The notes under the pieces: generated by a model
What the model was told of the DNA's origin: nothing
Databases searched by the model: none
The model's input: the letters and a program-made list of their open reading frames with translations, nothing else
Program-made: the position numbers and the translations under genes
In this document: in pieces, positions 48,714 through 60,355 of the stretch
Numbering within the stretch: position 1 is the first letter of the stretch
Layout: each line of letters opens with the position of its first letter
Origin: a virus
Length of the DNA: 64,000 nucleotides
Virus record (IMG/VR): IMGVR_UViG_3300031746_004145
Location: 4,009 to 68,008 of that record
Strand: one strand, 5' to 3'

Positions 48714-50440
48714 ATCCTCAGGTAGTTCGTGAAGGAGGTCCTCACGAGATCGGTCATCTCGTAGAAAAGGTCCTCCGGGTTGTCTCCGACGCGCACCCAG
48801 CGCTTCGGGCCCAACATGCGATCTGCCTCTGACGACGGCAGGGTGTTGCCCAGCAGCACCGTGCTCACCTTGATGCGCCGGCGAGAGGCGTCGACCACGT
48901 CCTGCCTCACCTGCTCTCGCAGCGCGAGATTCGACTGAACACCCATGCTCTGCGGGTTTCCATCCGAGACGATGAGTAGGTGCTTCATCCTTCCAGGCAT
49001 CTGACCCAGCTTGCGTGTGGCAACTGGGACGGCGATGTGGAGTGGAGTGAGCCCCCAGGTTTCCGGGATGTGCTTCTTTGGAAGGTAGCCCTTGGTGGCA
49101 TCCTCAAAGTCGAGGATCGCAGTCCCTCCGGTGGTGTCCCCCGAGAAGGCCCACACCTTGACGTTCGAGAAGGGGAACTTGGTGGCCACCGCGGCCACCT
49201 TCGCTGCCCTCGAGACCGTCATCCAGAGCTGCTGCATGGAGCCGCTCATGTCCAGCAGGATGATGAGGTCGAATCCCCTGGATGGCAGATCCTCGAGGAA
49301 GAACTCCATGTCCCCCTGGCCGTGGAGGAACTCGATGTACCTCTCGGGGTCGAGATGGGAACCTTCCTCGGACCTGGCGCGGGTGCGTTGGTCGATGAGC
49401 TTGATGAAGATGCGACGCAGCTCCGAGACGAGTTGAGAGTCCCGCTCTGACAGCTTGAACTCCTCCGCGTCGTGGGCAGGGATATGGATGAGCTTCGTCC
49501 GGTGCATCCCCTTCAGGAGATCCTGGTCAGGTGGGATCTCTCGCAAGGTGGAGGAGAGGCGCAGCACGATGCTCTGCACCTCTTCCGTAGTGGCCTGTAG
49601 GAGTTGTGAAAGGGTGTTCTGAGACTCCAGGCCCATCGCAGTACGGGCGATGTGACGAGTTCGTTCTGTGTCCCTATCGAGCGTGAGAGGGGGCGACTCT
49701 GTATCGAACAGCACAGCAGCACCACGTGACTGGAGCGCAACCTTCTCCATTACGCCCGCTGCCTTCTGTTGGTCGTATGGCTTCTTCTTGGTTAGTCTCT
49801 TCGTCGCCCCGACAGACGGCACTCCTGGCTCTGGAGCTACTTCCTCGTCTACGACGAAACCGATGACTTCATCGAGAATGAGCCGTGTGGCTACAAGCAC
49901 GCTGGGATAGCCGGCCCGCTGCACCAGAGTTACCGCTCGCTCGATGGCTGGGTCGAACCGTTCCCAGTTGATGCCTGGCGGCTCCGGCATTTCGATACCG
50001 AGGCCGATGACCCGCATGGTGAGGTTCCCCTTCGTTCCTGAGAGGAGAAGCCTCTTCCACCGATTGCGCAGCCGCTCAGCGCTGCCCGGGTAGACCGTCT
50101 CTTGGAGAGACAGCACTCGAACGTCATCCAGCGCGTTTGCCAGGATGTCGATGAAGTCTTCCTGGACATTCGTGGCAGTGAGCCCCTTCAACTTCCGCTC
50201 CTCGAGATAGAGATCCACGAAGTGAGCTCGGGCATGGAGGTCCGTACCGAAGAGGATGTGCGTCCACTCGTGCCGGTGGATGACGTCCACCTCTGGGTCC
50301 TCGATGGGGACGGAGAGGTAGGTCGCGGTGTCCGTCCTGCCGGGAGGATCCGCAGAGAACAGAGCAATGTCCTTCCCGGTGAGGCCACAGAAGATCTTGT
50401 GGACCTTCCGCGTGATGTCGACTCGCTCTTTGTGGTTCAT
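48710..50440 (-). CDS. vWA-domain protein with an N-terminal HExxH motif (MoxR partner)
   Basis: HEWTH; MIDAS DMSGS..TP..SDG. Confidence 0.85.
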   Translation of the reverse strand: MNHKERVDITRKVHKIFCGLTGKDIALFSADPPGRTDTATYLSVPIEDPEVDVIHRHEWTHILFGTDLHARAHFVDLYLEERKLKGLTATNVQEDFIDILANALDDVRVLSLQETVYPGSAERLRNRWKRLLLSGTKGNLTMRVIGLGIEMPEPPGINWERFDPAIERAVTLVQRAGYPSVLVATRLILDEVIGFVVDEEVAPEPGVPSVGATKRLTKKKPYDQQKAAGVMEKVALQSRGAAVLFDTESPPLTLDRDTERTRHIARTAMGLESQNTLSQLLQATTEEVQSIVLRLSSTLREIPPDQDLLKGMHRTKLIHIPAHDAEEFKLSERDSQLVSELRRIFIKLIDQRTRARSEEGSHLDPERYIEFLHGQGDMEFFLEDLPSRGFDLIILLDMSGSMQQLWMTVSRAAKVAAVATKFPFSNVKVWAFSGDTTGGTAILDFEDATKGYLPKKHIPETWGLTPLHIAVPVATRKLGQMPGRMKHLLIVSDGNPQSMGVQSNLALREQVRQDVVDASRRRIKVSTVLLGNTLPSSEADRMLGPKRWVRVGDNPEDLFYEMTDLVRTSFTNYLRM

Positions 50441-51393
50441 CTCAGTCCCACTCTCGTAGGTAGGTCAGGGTGAGTCCCGTTCTTGGTGATGTCCTGGATG
50501 CGCTCGATGACGAGCTTCCGATCCTCGTCTCCAAACTTCTGACAGAGGAGGAACATCACATCGAACCAACCGACTCTGGGAATCAGGTAGATGAGCTCCA
50601 CCAGGTCGCGGGTGGAGAGGGAGTAGCTGGTGGCTCCCTGCCTGGTCTGGTTGGCGATGCTCACCAACCAGTCCAGTCCCTGCTGCTGAACAGGATCTGC
50701 CTGCGTGCCCGTCCTCCCGTACCCGGTCATCTCCATGAGGATCTCCTTCTCGGCCTCTGGTGGCGGGTAGGGGATGTCGATGCAGGTGAAGCGTGAGCGC
50801 AGGTCATCGTTCAGCTCGTTGGTCCCTCCGTACACGGTAGGGTTCTGTGTGGCGATGACCCAGAGCTTGCAGTTCGGCTCCAGCTCCAACCGAGTGGAGA
50901 GCTCCGGGATCTCCAGCTTTCGGCGAAAGTCGGTGAAGCTGTTCACCAGCTTCTGCTGTTGGTTGGGGAGGGAGTTCAATTCCTCGAGCACCAGCATGGC
51001 GAAGCCGCTCTCGTTGGCGACCTGGATGGCGTTGGCCACGGTGCCAAGGATGAAGGGAGTTTCCCCACTCTTCGCGACGAAGCCTCCCTTGAAGTGTCTC
51101 TCCCTGGTCTCCTCCGAGCAGTCCAGGGAGAGGTACGGGATGCCGAACCGCTCGGCCAGAAAGGCTGCCAGCAGGGTCTTTCCAGTCCCCTTCGGTCCGT
51201 TGAGGAGGATGTTCGGCGGGTCCCAGGTGCTGGAGCCGGTGGGTACCTGACTCATCTTGGTGATGAAGGGGATGAGCTCGAAGATGTCGACGTACTTCAA
51301 GCTCTTCCTCAAGAGCAAAGAGGCGGGTACCATGTACCGGACCTCGATGCCGTTCACGTGGAGGATGCCCTCTCCGCCTGATTCGAGACTCAT
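50437..51393 (-). CDS. MoxR/CbbQ-like AAA+ ATPase
   Basis: GPKGTGKT, LVLEELN, ATQN, LRSRF, STRDL. Confidence 0.9.
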   Translation of the reverse strand: MSLESGGEGILHVNGIEVRYMVPASLLLRKSLKYVDIFELIPFITKMSQVPTGSSTWDPPNILLNGPKGTGKTLLAAFLAERFGIPYLSLDCSEETRERHFKGGFVAKSGETPFILGTVANAIQVANESGFAMLVLEELNSLPNQQQKLVNSFTDFRRKLEIPELSTRLELEPNCKLWVIATQNPTVYGGTNELNDDLRSRFTCIDIPYPPPEAEKEILMEMTGYGRTGTQADPVQQQGLDWLVSIANQTRQGATSYSLSTRDLVELIYLIPRVGWFDVMFLLCQKFGDEDRKLVIERIQDITKNGTHPDLPTRVGLR

Positions 51394-51428
51394 GGCGCTC
51401 CATGGTGTAGGTTGTTGGCCTTCAATGT

Positions 51429-51436
51429 CTTATCCC
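51429..51436 (-). promoter_or_regulatory. GGGATAAG putative phage promoter motif (copy 4)
   Basis: Heads the minus-strand block that begins at 51393. Confidence 0.55.
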
Positions 51437-51459
51437 CTCAACCAGGACCCTTTGGACGA

Positions 51460-51807
51460 ATGCCCCAAGACCAAGAACTGACCCTCGACAAGCTCTCCGC
51501 CGGGGATCGCCCGTCGATCCTCGCGCTCGGTGTGGCGGCCGCAGAGTCCCTGAAGCAGGCCAGCCTCGCCGTCTTCATGGTTGACGTCCTCGGTAGAGTC
51601 CAGATCCTTCCTCCGACCTCGGTGACCGTGAAAGTCCCTGCTCGCGTGAAAGACGCTGAGCTCGACGAACTCACCGAAGACTCGGCCATTCACATCATGA
51701 CGGCGCAGGGAGATGGGGACGACTCCATCATGGAGTACCTCCATCGACGCGCAGAGGGGGGCGGATGGCGACGCGAATCTGTGACACGGAACCCTGTGAC
51801 CGAATGA
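51460..51807 (+). CDS. Hypothetical protein
   Basis: ATG 51460; codon bias. Confidence 0.5.
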   Translation: MPQDQELTLDKLSAGDRPSILALGVAAAESLKQASLAVFMVDVLGRVQILPPTSVTVKVPARVKDAELDELTEDSAIHIMTAQGDGDDSIMEYLHRRAEGGGWRRESVTRNPVTE

Positions 51808-52022
51808 AGATGGCGCTGAGCATCTTCTTCAAGACCGAGCCCCTGGAGAGCTACAATCCCGAGGACGGTCTACTCGTTGCCTGCCTTCAGAAGAAGAAGG
51901 GGCAGGCCCCGGTAGAGCTCCACTTCAAGTACTGCCCCTTCTGCGGAACCAGGGCAGCCCTCGGACTGGTGGACGGGCTCGAAGAGGAGTACGAGCTGCG
52001 ATCCTCGAGGCGCACGGCCTAG
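51765..52022 (+). CDS. Small Zn-ribbon protein
   Basis: N-terminal Cys pair and FKYCPFCG. Confidence 0.55.
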   Translation: MATRICDTEPCDRMKMALSIFFKTEPLESYNPEDGLLVACLQKKKGQAPVELHFKYCPFCGTRAALGLVDGLEEEYELRSSRRTA

Positions 52023-52025
52023 CCG

Positions 52026-52697
52026 ATGCCGATTCCTGTACCGATCCCGTCTGGCGCGTATGTCATGGACGACGCCACCTCTGCGGCAGCAGAGGCCTTC
52101 GTCGCGACCATCGCGCAGATCTTCAGGTCTGGGACGACCGGCGCTACCATCAACACGCCGCCAACTCTCTTTCCTGACGGTACCAACCCAGCCATCGATC
52201 CAGGTACGGGACAGCCCTACCTCGTCCCTCTCGTCATCGATACGGCAGAGGAGCAGCTCTTCTACAGGCAGTTGGCCATCGCTGTGGCGACTGCCGCAGG
52301 CAGCATCGTCGTTCCTCCTACGCCTACCCCCCAGCTCGTGCTGTTCGATGCTACCTGCCCCTCAGGTGTGGTCGTGGGAGATTTGGTCAGAATCTCCAGC
52401 GCCGGTCACGTAGCCTTGACTGACATCACCAGTGTCACGCTCATGCCTGCTGTCGGAGTCGTCAAGGCCAAGGCATCCAGCACCGAGTGCACAGTACAGA
52501 CGCACGGCTACGTGCAAGGGATCTTCTCTGGGCTCACCGCAGGGCTGTCGTATTACGTGAGCCGCGCCAGCAAGGTCGGTCCTCTCCCCATCCCCACCGC
52601 GGGCGAAACCCTCTACTGGCAGGCCGTGGGGGTTGCTCTCGATGCGACCACCCTCATCCTCATTCCAAGCATGTCCACGTCGCGCATTACGGGGTAA
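52026..52697 (+). CDS. Virion protein with a capsid-cement-like C-terminal domain
   Basis: GDLVRI..G..PAVGVV..V..HG.V..SGLTAG..YYVS. Confidence 0.55.
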   Translation: MPIPVPIPSGAYVMDDATSAAAEAFVATIAQIFRSGTTGATINTPPTLFPDGTNPAIDPGTGQPYLVPLVIDTAEEQLFYRQLAIAVATAAGSIVVPPTPTPQLVLFDATCPSGVVVGDLVRISSAGHVALTDITSVTLMPAVGVVKAKASSTECTVQTHGYVQGIFSGLTAGLSYYVSRASKVGPLPIPTAGETLYWQAVGVALDATTLILIPSMSTSRITG

Positions 52698-52762
52698 CAT
52701 CCGCGTTCCCACCCTTGCGGAGTGGGTGCTAACTTCAAACCACCAACGAGGAGCCAAGCACT

Positions 52763-53176
52763 ATGGCACGTAGAAACCTGAAGCCCGTCGAGACCGACTC
52801 AGCCGCGAACTCCATCATCCCCAACCTCGCCAAGAACGGGAAGGTGGACCAGCTGAAGATCGACGAGCTGCGCCTGCTCAAGATCACCCGGCTGATGGAG
52901 AAGGAGCGGGCCGCGCGGTACGAGTCGATGGCGGCCGTCAACGCCCTCAACGCGCTCTTCCAGGACTTCCTGACCAAGGAGCCGAGAGGCAAGGAGCTGA
53001 ACGACCGGGTCAACGTCCTCCAGGCCGAGGCGCAGAAGGCGGCCAAGGAGTGCAACGAGCTCGTTGCCCAGGTGGGCAAGGACCTCGACGTCAACATGCA
53101 GGAGTACTCCTTCGACGACGAGACGGGCATCCTCCACAAGCTCCCGCCGCCATCGGCGGCAGAGACCAAGAAGTAG
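52763..53176 (+). CDS. Coiled-coil protein upstream of the tail fibre
   Basis: RBS GAGGAG, heptad pattern. Confidence 0.55.
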   Translation: MARRNLKPVETDSAANSIIPNLAKNGKVDQLKIDELRLLKITRLMEKERAARYESMAAVNALNALFQDFLTKEPRGKELNDRVNVLQAEAQKAAKECNELVAQVGKDLDVNMQEYSFDDETGILHKLPPPSAAETKK

Positions 53177-53191
53177 TCTCCAGGAGAGGGC

Positions 53192-56100
53192 ATGGCCCTT
53201 CGCAGGTTCCTGTTCCAGAATCTCGGTTCTGGTTCGAGCTTCTTCGACGAGAACCAGGACTCGGACGAGGTACGGGTCGCGAAGGTCACGATCGTCGGCG
53301 GAGTAGCCGGCGTCGGGCTTGACCTCGACGATACCGACATCGTCGGCGCTCGAGATGTCTCAGCGAGGTTCGTGGCAATCGCCACGGGCGTCTCTGGGGC
53401 TGCTCTCGACGCCGGCGGTCTCCGTATCACCAACATCGCTCCTACGCCCACCGGCCCCAACGAGGCCGCCTCGAGGCTGTTCGTCGAGAACGCCATCGCA
53501 GGCATGACGGGGGTTGGGGCGACTGGCGCCACCGGTCCGGCAGGCCCTCAAGGTCCGACTGGGCCATACGGGGAAGCGGCCGGACGCACCTACTACCCGG
53601 CGCCGAGTCAGTCCTCCGACATCGGTGGGTACTTCAAGGCTCTCGCTTCCCCCTCCCCCGGAGGGGAGCAGACGATCACCACAGCGGTCTCTGCGCTCAC
53701 TCCCGTCTTGGTGGCGTCCTTCGCCACGGAGCCAGGAGACCCCGGCGTCTTGGCGGTGCCGGCAGGCCGCGGGATCCGGCGGATGTTCGCCTACACGTCG
53801 CAGAACAATGGCTATGCCACCATCACCATCGAGTTCTACTCGCGCACGGTCGGAGGGGTCGAGACGCTGATCCGTACCGACACGTCGGCACAGTTCAACA
53901 ACAACACCGTCGTCCCCATCGTCTGGGACAGCTACAGCGGGAACTCTTACGCTCTCGATGCAACCGACCGCCTCGTCGCCAAGGTTTACGTCACCAAGCA
54001 GTCAGGTCCGAACTTCGATGTGGTCCTCTACTTCGAGGGAACCACTCACGCCTCGCATGTCCAGTCGACCATCAGTGCTGGAGCGGTGGGCCCCACTGGA
54101 GCGATCGGCCCCACAGGCCCCATGGGCCCAACTGGGCGGCAAGGAGCTACCGGCGTCGTAGGCCCTACTGGTGCGATGGGTGTGACGGGCGCCTTGGGAC
54201 CAACAGGTGCCGGCAGCTTCCCTGGAGGGGTCACAGGCTCCATCCAGTTCAACGACGGTGGGGTCTTCGGTGGCTCTACCGGTGCGCTGTACAACAAAGA
54301 CACCCAGGTCATCAGCTCCAACGGCGGCTTCAGCACAGACGGGCAGCTGCGGTCTCTCACCATCGTTCCGGCCAACTCCGGCTACCCCATCCAGCTGTAC
54401 TCCAACAGGGGCGATGGCGCGTCATCTGTCGCGGTGGTCATCGATTCCGTTACGGGCATGGCCGTCGTTGGGGCGAAGCTTCTCTCGATCCGCAACACGG
54501 GAGTCGAAAAGGCGTTCTTCGACCTGTATGGCGCCCTGACCGTTCCAGATCTCACCGTCACGGGGAAGTTCAAGTCCGGCGTCAACGGAACGAACTATGC
54601 GACTGCGTACCTCCAGGCCGGTGGGGCGAACGAGTATGCACTCCTGCTGAACTCTGCGGGTGCCGCTGCCCGTATGGTGATGCAGACCTCCAACGGTAAC
54701 TGGCTCTTCAGCGTCAATTCTGAATACTGGATAGACGACCCCACATCACTTACCAGATTCCGCATCGTTCGCACTGGCCCAGTTTCTATGTGGGGCAACC
54801 CGGCAGATGGTGCCGCTTCTGTCGGTACCATCATCGATACCGGCACTGTCCTGAGTACTACTGGGGCGAAGCTACTCTCTCTTCGCAACATTGGTGTTGA
54901 GAAGGCATCTTTCGACAAGGACGGCTACCTCGCCATCGCGACGTCTGGTGTTACCGCAGGGATGGCTCTCGACGTCAACGGCCCCATCTTGACGCGCACG
55001 GACCTCCGAGTTGGGGGCACGAGCGGCAACATCATGTGGGTCAACTCTTACGGGGCCTACCTTTCGATCCTTAGCTCTCGAACCGATACGGACTCACTGT
55101 CCCTCAATGGACGAGCGGCAGACGGCGCTACTTCTGTTGGGGTCATCATCAACAACACCAACACGTTCGCCAACCCTACAGCCAAGATCGCCAGCTTCAG
55201 GAACAACGGCGCAGAAGTAGCCTACATCCGCATGAACGGTTCGGGTGCTTTCACGAACCCGGTTTATGCCGATGCACACAACTCCTACTCGGGCAACACT
55301 GTCTCCATCAACGGCGGTGCCGCCGATGGGGCGAGCGCAGTCGGTGTCAGCATCAACAGTCAGTTGCTCTCTACGGCTGGCGCCAAGCTTCTCTCGATCC
55401 GCAACGCGGGAGTCGAGAAGGCGTACTTCGACAAGGACGGCGCTCTTGTCACCGCGGGAGCCATCACCGCCGTCACGGGAACCCTCACCGGGCAGGCTAC
55501 CTCCGATCAGCCCACCTTCGGTGCGGAGCTTCTCAGTGGCTCTGGCTGGACCAGCACAGGATGGACTGGGAGCTGGGCTGCGGGGTGGGCCCACACGGTG
55601 GGCAACACCAGTGTCTTGAGCAACACCACCGCGGCCGTCGTCTCCACCAAGTACCACATCGTCTTGACTGTGACTGGGCGTACCGCAGGAACCTTCGACC
55701 TTCAGTTCGGGGGCTGCACCTTCACTGGCCTTATTAGTGGAGGGTACTCGGGTGGGTACAACGATCCCATGGGGTTCTCCTCCGTGGATCCGACCGCGCT
55801 CACTACGGCGGGCCTGACCATCACCCCAACCACGGACTTCGACGGCACCATCGTTGCGTCCATCAAGGCGATCACCGGAGTATCTACTCCAGTGTTTACC
55901 CTGGACTCCCCGGTCTGGGGAACGCAGGTGGCGGTTCGCATCAACACCCAGGGCGTTGGTACGGACTTCCAGAGCATGTACTTCGGTCAAGACTCTGGTT
56001 CCTATGTCACGTCGGGCTACAACAATACGGGGCTTGGCAACCAGGCTCTCATGCTTCTCACGTCGGGCCACGACAACACGGCGATGGGCACCATCGCCCT

Positions 56101-59041
56101 CAAGGCGGTCACTACTGGTATTCACAACACAGCCCTCGGGTCCTACGCACTCCGGAACACTACATCCGGCAGCCACAACACTGCCTTCGGTTCGGGCTCT
56201 CTGCGCTTCAATACCACCGGTTCGCTGAATGCGGCCTTGGGCCACAGTGCCCTCTACAACATCACCACCGGGACCAAGAACGTCGGCATCGGGCAGTGGG
56301 CTGGCGCATTCATCGCAGATGGCATCACTGCCTCCACCACTGCCATCAGCTCTCTCTACATTGGGTGGTACACCCGAGCCTCTGCGCTGGGGCAGACCAA
56401 TGAGATCGTCATCGGAGACTCCGTCATCGGTATGGGCAGCAACACGGTGGTGCTTGGCAGCGACAGCATCACCAAGACCTACTTGAAGGGCGTCCTGACG
56501 AGTACGGTGGGCGACGGTGTGTCTTCGTTTGCTCATATCTTCAACACCGATACGACCTACTACCAGGGCTATCTCTTCGCGATCAGGAACAACGGAGCAA
56601 ACAAGCTTTCCCTAAATGCGGAAGGGACACTCTCCTGCACCAACCTCGGCGTCGGTACCGGAGCGACCCGTGTTGGTATTGGATCAGTCGCTCCGTTGAG
56701 CAGCGTGGCAGTAGGGGAATTTGCCCTGTCAACGAACACTGGGGGATACAACGTTGCCGTAGGCGAACTGGCCATGATCAACACCTATGGCGCAGCTAGC
56801 TCGGTAGGCATTGGCCGGTATGCCCTGAATCGCTGCCAGGGCAGCAACAACGTAGCGATCGGCAATGGCACGATGCAGGGCAACGAGGGCACTGCCAGTT
56901 ACAACGTGGTGGTGGGCGCTGGTGCCTTGCCCATGTCCTACACGAACGACAATACCGTCATCGGGGCAGGTGCCTCTACTGCCAGCTCGAACTCTTCCGG
57001 CAGCGTGGTGATTGGTGGCTCTGCTCAGCCGACAGCGGGCTCATCCAACGAGATCGTCATCGGAGTCTCTGCTACAGGATACGGGTCCAATACGGTTACT
57101 CTCGGTAATGCTTCGATCGCCAAGACGTACCTGAGAGGAGTTCTGACGAGCGTGGTTGCTGACGGTGCCTCTGCCGTGGCCCACGCCCTCGACTCTCCAT
57201 CGTACGCGACGACAGGAGCGAAGCTCTTGTCGATCCGCAACAACACTGCGGAGAAGGCCTACTTCGACAAGGACGGCTACCTCAGGTGGCCTGGCGTCGC
57301 GGGTATGCAGTCCGACGCCAGTGTGATGGTCTTCAACTCCAACTACAGCTACAACGGGAACTACTTCGCGTTCACCAACCAAGCCTCTGTCAAGCTCCTC
57401 ATCGCCAATGGTGGAGTGGCCATCACTTCGCCCCTCTACGTTGAGTATGACTCATCTGTTGGAGACTACACAGGCGGCGGCACGATCTATTGTCAAAGAG
57501 TACAGGCAGGTAGCCGCACGGGAGTTCTTGCGTTGTCGGGCGGTAACGCACATGTCAGCATTGGACAAAGCACCGCACTGGAGAATCAGTGGCATGTCCT
57601 GTTCCAGCAGGGTGCGACTACGTCTGTTGCAGGAGTGACTGGCACAGGTTCGTTCTGTGCCCCGAGGTTCATGGCCTACGCCGCCGGCGTTCCCGCCCTC
57701 ATCGCCACGAACATGCTGGAAGGGGCTGGAGCGGTTGCCGTAGCCATCGACACCCTCAACGATGCTCAAGTCTGGGCGACTGGCAAGCTGCTCTCGATCC
57801 GAACGCATGGAGTCGAGCAGGCCTACTTCGATCATGACGGGTCGTTGAAGCCTGCGGGCAACGGCACCTCCTCGCTCGGTGGCTTTGGGAATGCATGGTC
57901 CTCCATCCATCTGGGGACGAACGGCATCGGTGACACGGCCGACAACTCACGTTGGTACTACACGAGTAATGGGCCAACCACCAATCAGGGGGCTGCGACC
58001 GATGGCGCTGCTGCCGTCGCCACCGTGCTAGACAACACCTTCTCCCTAACGGTGTCCGGAGCCAAACTCCTCTCCGTCAGAAACGCCACTGTCGAGAAGG
58101 CATACATCGACAAGGACGGCGGGGCCTACTTCGCAAGCAACGTGGGGATTGGTACGGCGCCCATCTCTGGGGTCCCGCTCTCCATCTACCAGTCCAACAG
58201 CAACACCGCATTCACCACGATGCAGAAGATGCAGGTCTCCGATACCGGAGGGTCTGGGCAGGTGGACGCGTTCACCTTCTACGTCGGGGCCACCAGCCAG
58301 CGTGGTGGGAAGATCGCCTTCGGTGAGACTGGTGGAGGGTTCAACGCCGAGCAAGAGTGGATCAGCTGCGCACTGAACGCTTTCGAGTTCGGGCAGGCTG
58401 GCAACTATCCGATCACTTTCAAGACCAACTCTTCTACCCGGATGACCGTCTCGGGCACCGGAGAAGTGGGCGTCGGCATCACTCCTACGGCAGGCTTCCA
58501 CGTCAAGTCGGTGACCGCAGATGGCGGCTCAGCCGTTGCTGCCATCCTCGACACGGCTGCGACCTACTCCACGACTGGCGCGAAGCTGTTGTCAGTACGT
58601 AACAACACGACTGAAAAGTTCTACATCGACAAGGATGGCGGTTTCTCCACGACGGGGACCGCAGCTACGGGTGCCCTCACCGTCACTGGTGCCATTACCG
58701 CCACCGGCAACATCACGGCCTACTACTCAGACGCCAGGCTGAAGATGGGCATCCACGCCATCAAGAGCCCCATCGAGAAGCTGATGAAGCTTCGGGGCGT
58801 CTCGTGGGTCTGGGACAGGGACGAGTGCCTCAGGGCCGGCTTCTATCCTGACTCGCTCGAGGACACTGGCGTCATCGCCCAGGAGGTCCAAGAGGTACTG
58901 CCACAGGCTGTCGGGCACGGGGCTAACAAGGACTACTTGTCCATGAAGACCAGCAACCACGGCCTCGTCGCCTTGCTCATCGAAGCCGTGAAGGAGTTGA
59001 AGGCTGAGATCGACCTGCTGAAGAGCAAGGTGCCGGCATGA
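53192..59041 (+). CDS. Long tail fibre with collagen-like repeats, nine dispersed ~42-aa repeats, NTAxG beta-roll blocks and a C-terminal peptidase S74 chaperone
   Basis: G-P/A-T triplets; repeated GAKLLS.RN..EK...DKDG; [22 protein letters not shown]. Confidence 0.9.
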   Translation: MALRRFLFQNLGSGSSFFDENQDSDEVRVAKVTIVGGVAGVGLDLDDTDIVGARDVSARFVAIATGVSGAALDAGGLRITNIAPTPTGPNEAASRLFVENAIAGMTGVGATGATGPAGPQGPTGPYGEAAGRTYYPAPSQSSDIGGYFKALASPSPGGEQTITTAVSALTPVLVASFATEPGDPGVLAVPAGRGIRRMFAYTSQNNGYATITIEFYSRTVGGVETLIRTDTSAQFNNNTVVPIVWDSYSGNSYALDATDRLVAKVYVTKQSGPNFDVVLYFEGTTHASHVQSTISAGAVGPTGAIGPTGPMGPTGRQGATGVVGPTGAMGVTGALGPTGAGSFPGGVTGSIQFNDGGVFGGSTGALYNKDTQVISSNGGFSTDGQLRSLTIVPANSGYPIQLYSNRGDGASSVAVVIDSVTGMAVVGAKLLSIRNTGVEKAFFDLYGALTVPDLTVTGKFKSGVNGTNYATAYLQAGGANEYALLLNSAGAAARMVMQTSNGNWLFSVNSEYWIDDPTSLTRFRIVRTGPVSMWGNPADGAASVGTIIDTGTVLSTTGAKLLSLRNIGVEKASFDKDGYLAIATSGVTAGMALDVNGPILTRTDLRVGGTSGNIMWVNSYGAYLSILSSRTDTDSLSLNGRAADGATSVGVIINNTNTFANPTAKIASFRNNGAEVAYIRMNGSGAFTNPVYADAHNSYSGNTVSINGGAADGASAVGVSINSQLLSTAGAKLLSIRNAGVEKAYFDKDGALVTAGAITAVTGTLTGQATSDQPTFGAELLSGSGWTSTGWTGSWAAGWAHTVGNTSVLSNTTAAVVSTKYHIVLTVTGRTAGTFDLQFGGCTFTGLISGGYSGGYNDPMGFSSVDPTALTTAGLTITPTTDFDGTIVASIKAITGVSTPVFTLDSPVWGTQVAVRINTQGVGTDFQSMYFGQDSGSYVTSGYNNTGLGNQALMLLTSGHDNTAMGTIALKAVTTGIHNTALGSYALRNTTSGSHNTAFGSGSLRFNTTGSLNAALGHSALYNITTGTKNVGIGQWAGAFIADGITASTTAISSLYIGWYTRASALGQTNEIVIGDSVIGMGSNTVVLGSDSITKTYLKGVLTSTVGDGVSSFAHIFNTDTTYYQGYLFAIRNNGANKLSLNAEGTLSCTNLGVGTGATRVGIGSVAPLSSVAVGEFALSTNTGGYNVAVGELAMINTYGAASSVGIGRYALNRCQGSNNVAIGNGTMQGNEGTASYNVVVGAGALPMSYTNDNTVIGAGASTASSNSSGSVVIGGSAQPTAGSSNEIVIGVSATGYGSNTVTLGNASIAKTYLRGVLTSVVADGASAVAHALDSPSYATTGAKLLSIRNNTAEKAYFDKDGYLRWPGVAGMQSDASVMVFNSNYSYNGNYFAFTNQASVKLLIANGGVAITSPLYVEYDSSVGDYTGGGTIYCQRVQAGSRTGVLALSGGNAHVSIGQSTALENQWHVLFQQGATTSVAGVTGTGSFCAPRFMAYAAGVPALIATNMLEGAGAVAVAIDTLNDAQVWATGKLLSIRTHGVEQAYFDHDGSLKPAGNGTSSLGGFGNAWSSIHLGTNGIGDTADNSRWYYTSNGPTTNQGAATDGAAAVATVLDNTFSLTVSGAKLLSVRNATVEKAYIDKDGGAYFASNVGIGTAPISGVPLSIYQSNSNTAFTTMQKMQVSDTGGSGQVDAFTFYVGATSQRGGKIAFGETGGGFNAEQEWISCALNAFEFGQAGNYPITFKTNSSTRMTVSGTGEVGVGITPTAGFHVKSVTADGGSAVAAILDTAATYSTTGAKLLSVRNNTTEKFYIDKDGGFSTTGTAATGALTVTGAITATGNITAYYSDARLKMGIHAIKSPIEKLMKLRGVSWVWDRDECLRAGFYPDSLEDTGVIAQEVQEVLPQAVGHGANKDYLSMKTSNHGLVALLIEAVKELKAEIDLLKSKVPA

Positions 59042-59586
59042 TGCCCACCACGGGCGCCCTTTCCTTCGACCAGCTCCGCACAGAGTGGGGGAAGGGGCAG
59101 TCGAACGTAGGGATCGCTTCGTACTATCAGGGCCCCTCTGGCAGCTCAGTATTCATCGTACGCCCACCGGATGTGTGTACATCCGTCCCTACCGGAGGAG
59201 CCTTCGCCCTCAACGTCTTCTACGGCGCGGCTCGTGTGACTGGGGGTAGTGGGGGAGCTGGTCTGGGCGCGTCGAAGAGTGGTGATGCGTATGGCTACGA
59301 GACAGGGGATGTTTCTGAAGTGACGGTGTATTCCAACACCGTCACCATCACCCCTTCTGGAGGCACCGCTCCATACTCCTACCTTTGGTCCTTCGTATCG
59401 GGGGTAGGGTCCACGATGTACATGTCAACCACCGGTGCTTCGATGTATTGGGGAACTTACTTCTCCAACGGCACAGCGAATGACTGGTCCGAGCTCAGCA
59501 CCTACAAGTGTCGTGTTACCGACAACGTCTCAAACTTCTTCGACGTAGAAGTTGCAGTTCTTCTTGAGGCTTACATCTACGGGTAG
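59038..59586 (+). CDS. Putative tail-fibre tip adhesin
   Basis: Coupled to the fibre gene (ATGA); N-terminal [22 protein letters not shown]...FYG docking-like module, Gly linker, Ig-like C-terminal domain. Confidence 0.6.
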   Translation: MMPTTGALSFDQLRTEWGKGQSNVGIASYYQGPSGSSVFIVRPPDVCTSVPTGGAFALNVFYGAARVTGGSGGAGLGASKSGDAYGYETGDVSEVTVYSNTVTITPSGGTAPYSYLWSFVSGVGSTMYMSTTGASMYWGTYFSNGTANDWSELSTYKCRVTDNVSNFFDVEVAVLLEAYIYG

Positions 59587-59606
59587 TCCCAAAAAGGAGA
59601 TTCGTC

Positions 59607-59894
59607 ATGGCCATCCAGATCGCACTCGCAGAGGCAGACTCGGGCATCGGTGCAACAATCGCAGCTGCCTACGTCCGCATCGTCATCTACACCCACGACA
59701 TCAAGAACGACACCATCATGTTCGCGGTGGAGTACCACTACAACGCCCAGGCGAAGAACCAGGGACGTCAGCCCATCAGGGGAGCGAGCTACACCGTCAC
59801 GGGGGCACAGCTGTCCGGCACCGGCGGCACTCGTTCTCAGCTGTACGCGTACCTCATGACGCTCCCCGAGTTCGCCACCGCCGTTGAGGTGTAG
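59607..59894 (+). CDS. Tail-fibre-associated small protein
   Basis: AYVRI..QLYAYLMTLPEF..A..V pattern; RBS AAGGAG. Confidence 0.55.
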   Translation: MAIQIALAEADSGIGATIAAAYVRIVIYTHDIKNDTIMFAVEYHYNAQAKNQGRQPIRGASYTVTGAQLSGTGGTRSQLYAYLMTLPEFATAVEV

Positions 59895-59896
59895 GC

Positions 59897-60355
59897 GTGA
59901 GCGACAACCTTCGAGGCCTGGTTGGTCTGGTGGGCTTGCTGCTCGTCATTGGAGGAGTTCTTGTCTTCGTGCTGTGGCGCAAGCACAAGAACCTCCCCAA
60001 GAGCTGGGTGCATCAAGGAGTCACTCCTCCACTCGGCGTCGAGACAGCCCTGAGAGTCATCTCTCGATTCACGCCTGGGCTGCCACAGGCTGGGTACATC
60101 GAGTGGGTCTATGGCCCTTTCATGGTCGGGGGCTACCCACCCATCAAGGCCGCGGGTGCGATGCTGGGCCTCGAGCCCACGCGCATCATGCTCACCTACT
60201 TCGACAAGGTGGAGCAGTCGGCCTTGGCCCATGAGGTGGGCCATGCCTGGAACGAAGTCACGAAGCAGGGCTTCGGAGAGTCTCCAGCAGATGCCCGCTT
60301 CGTGGCGTGGATCAACACAGTGAACACGGCCATCGCCAAGGAGCTGGGGCGCTGA
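59897..60355 (+). CDS. Membrane-anchored minimal zincin-like peptidase
   Basis: N-terminal TM helix; LAHEVGH. Confidence 0.6.
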   Translation: MSDNLRGLVGLVGLLLVIGGVLVFVLWRKHKNLPKSWVHQGVTPPLGVETALRVISRFTPGLPQAGYIEWVYGPFMVGGYPPIKAAGAMLGLEPTRIMLTYFDKVEQSALAHEVGHAWNEVTKQGFGESPADARFVAWINTVNTAIAKELGR

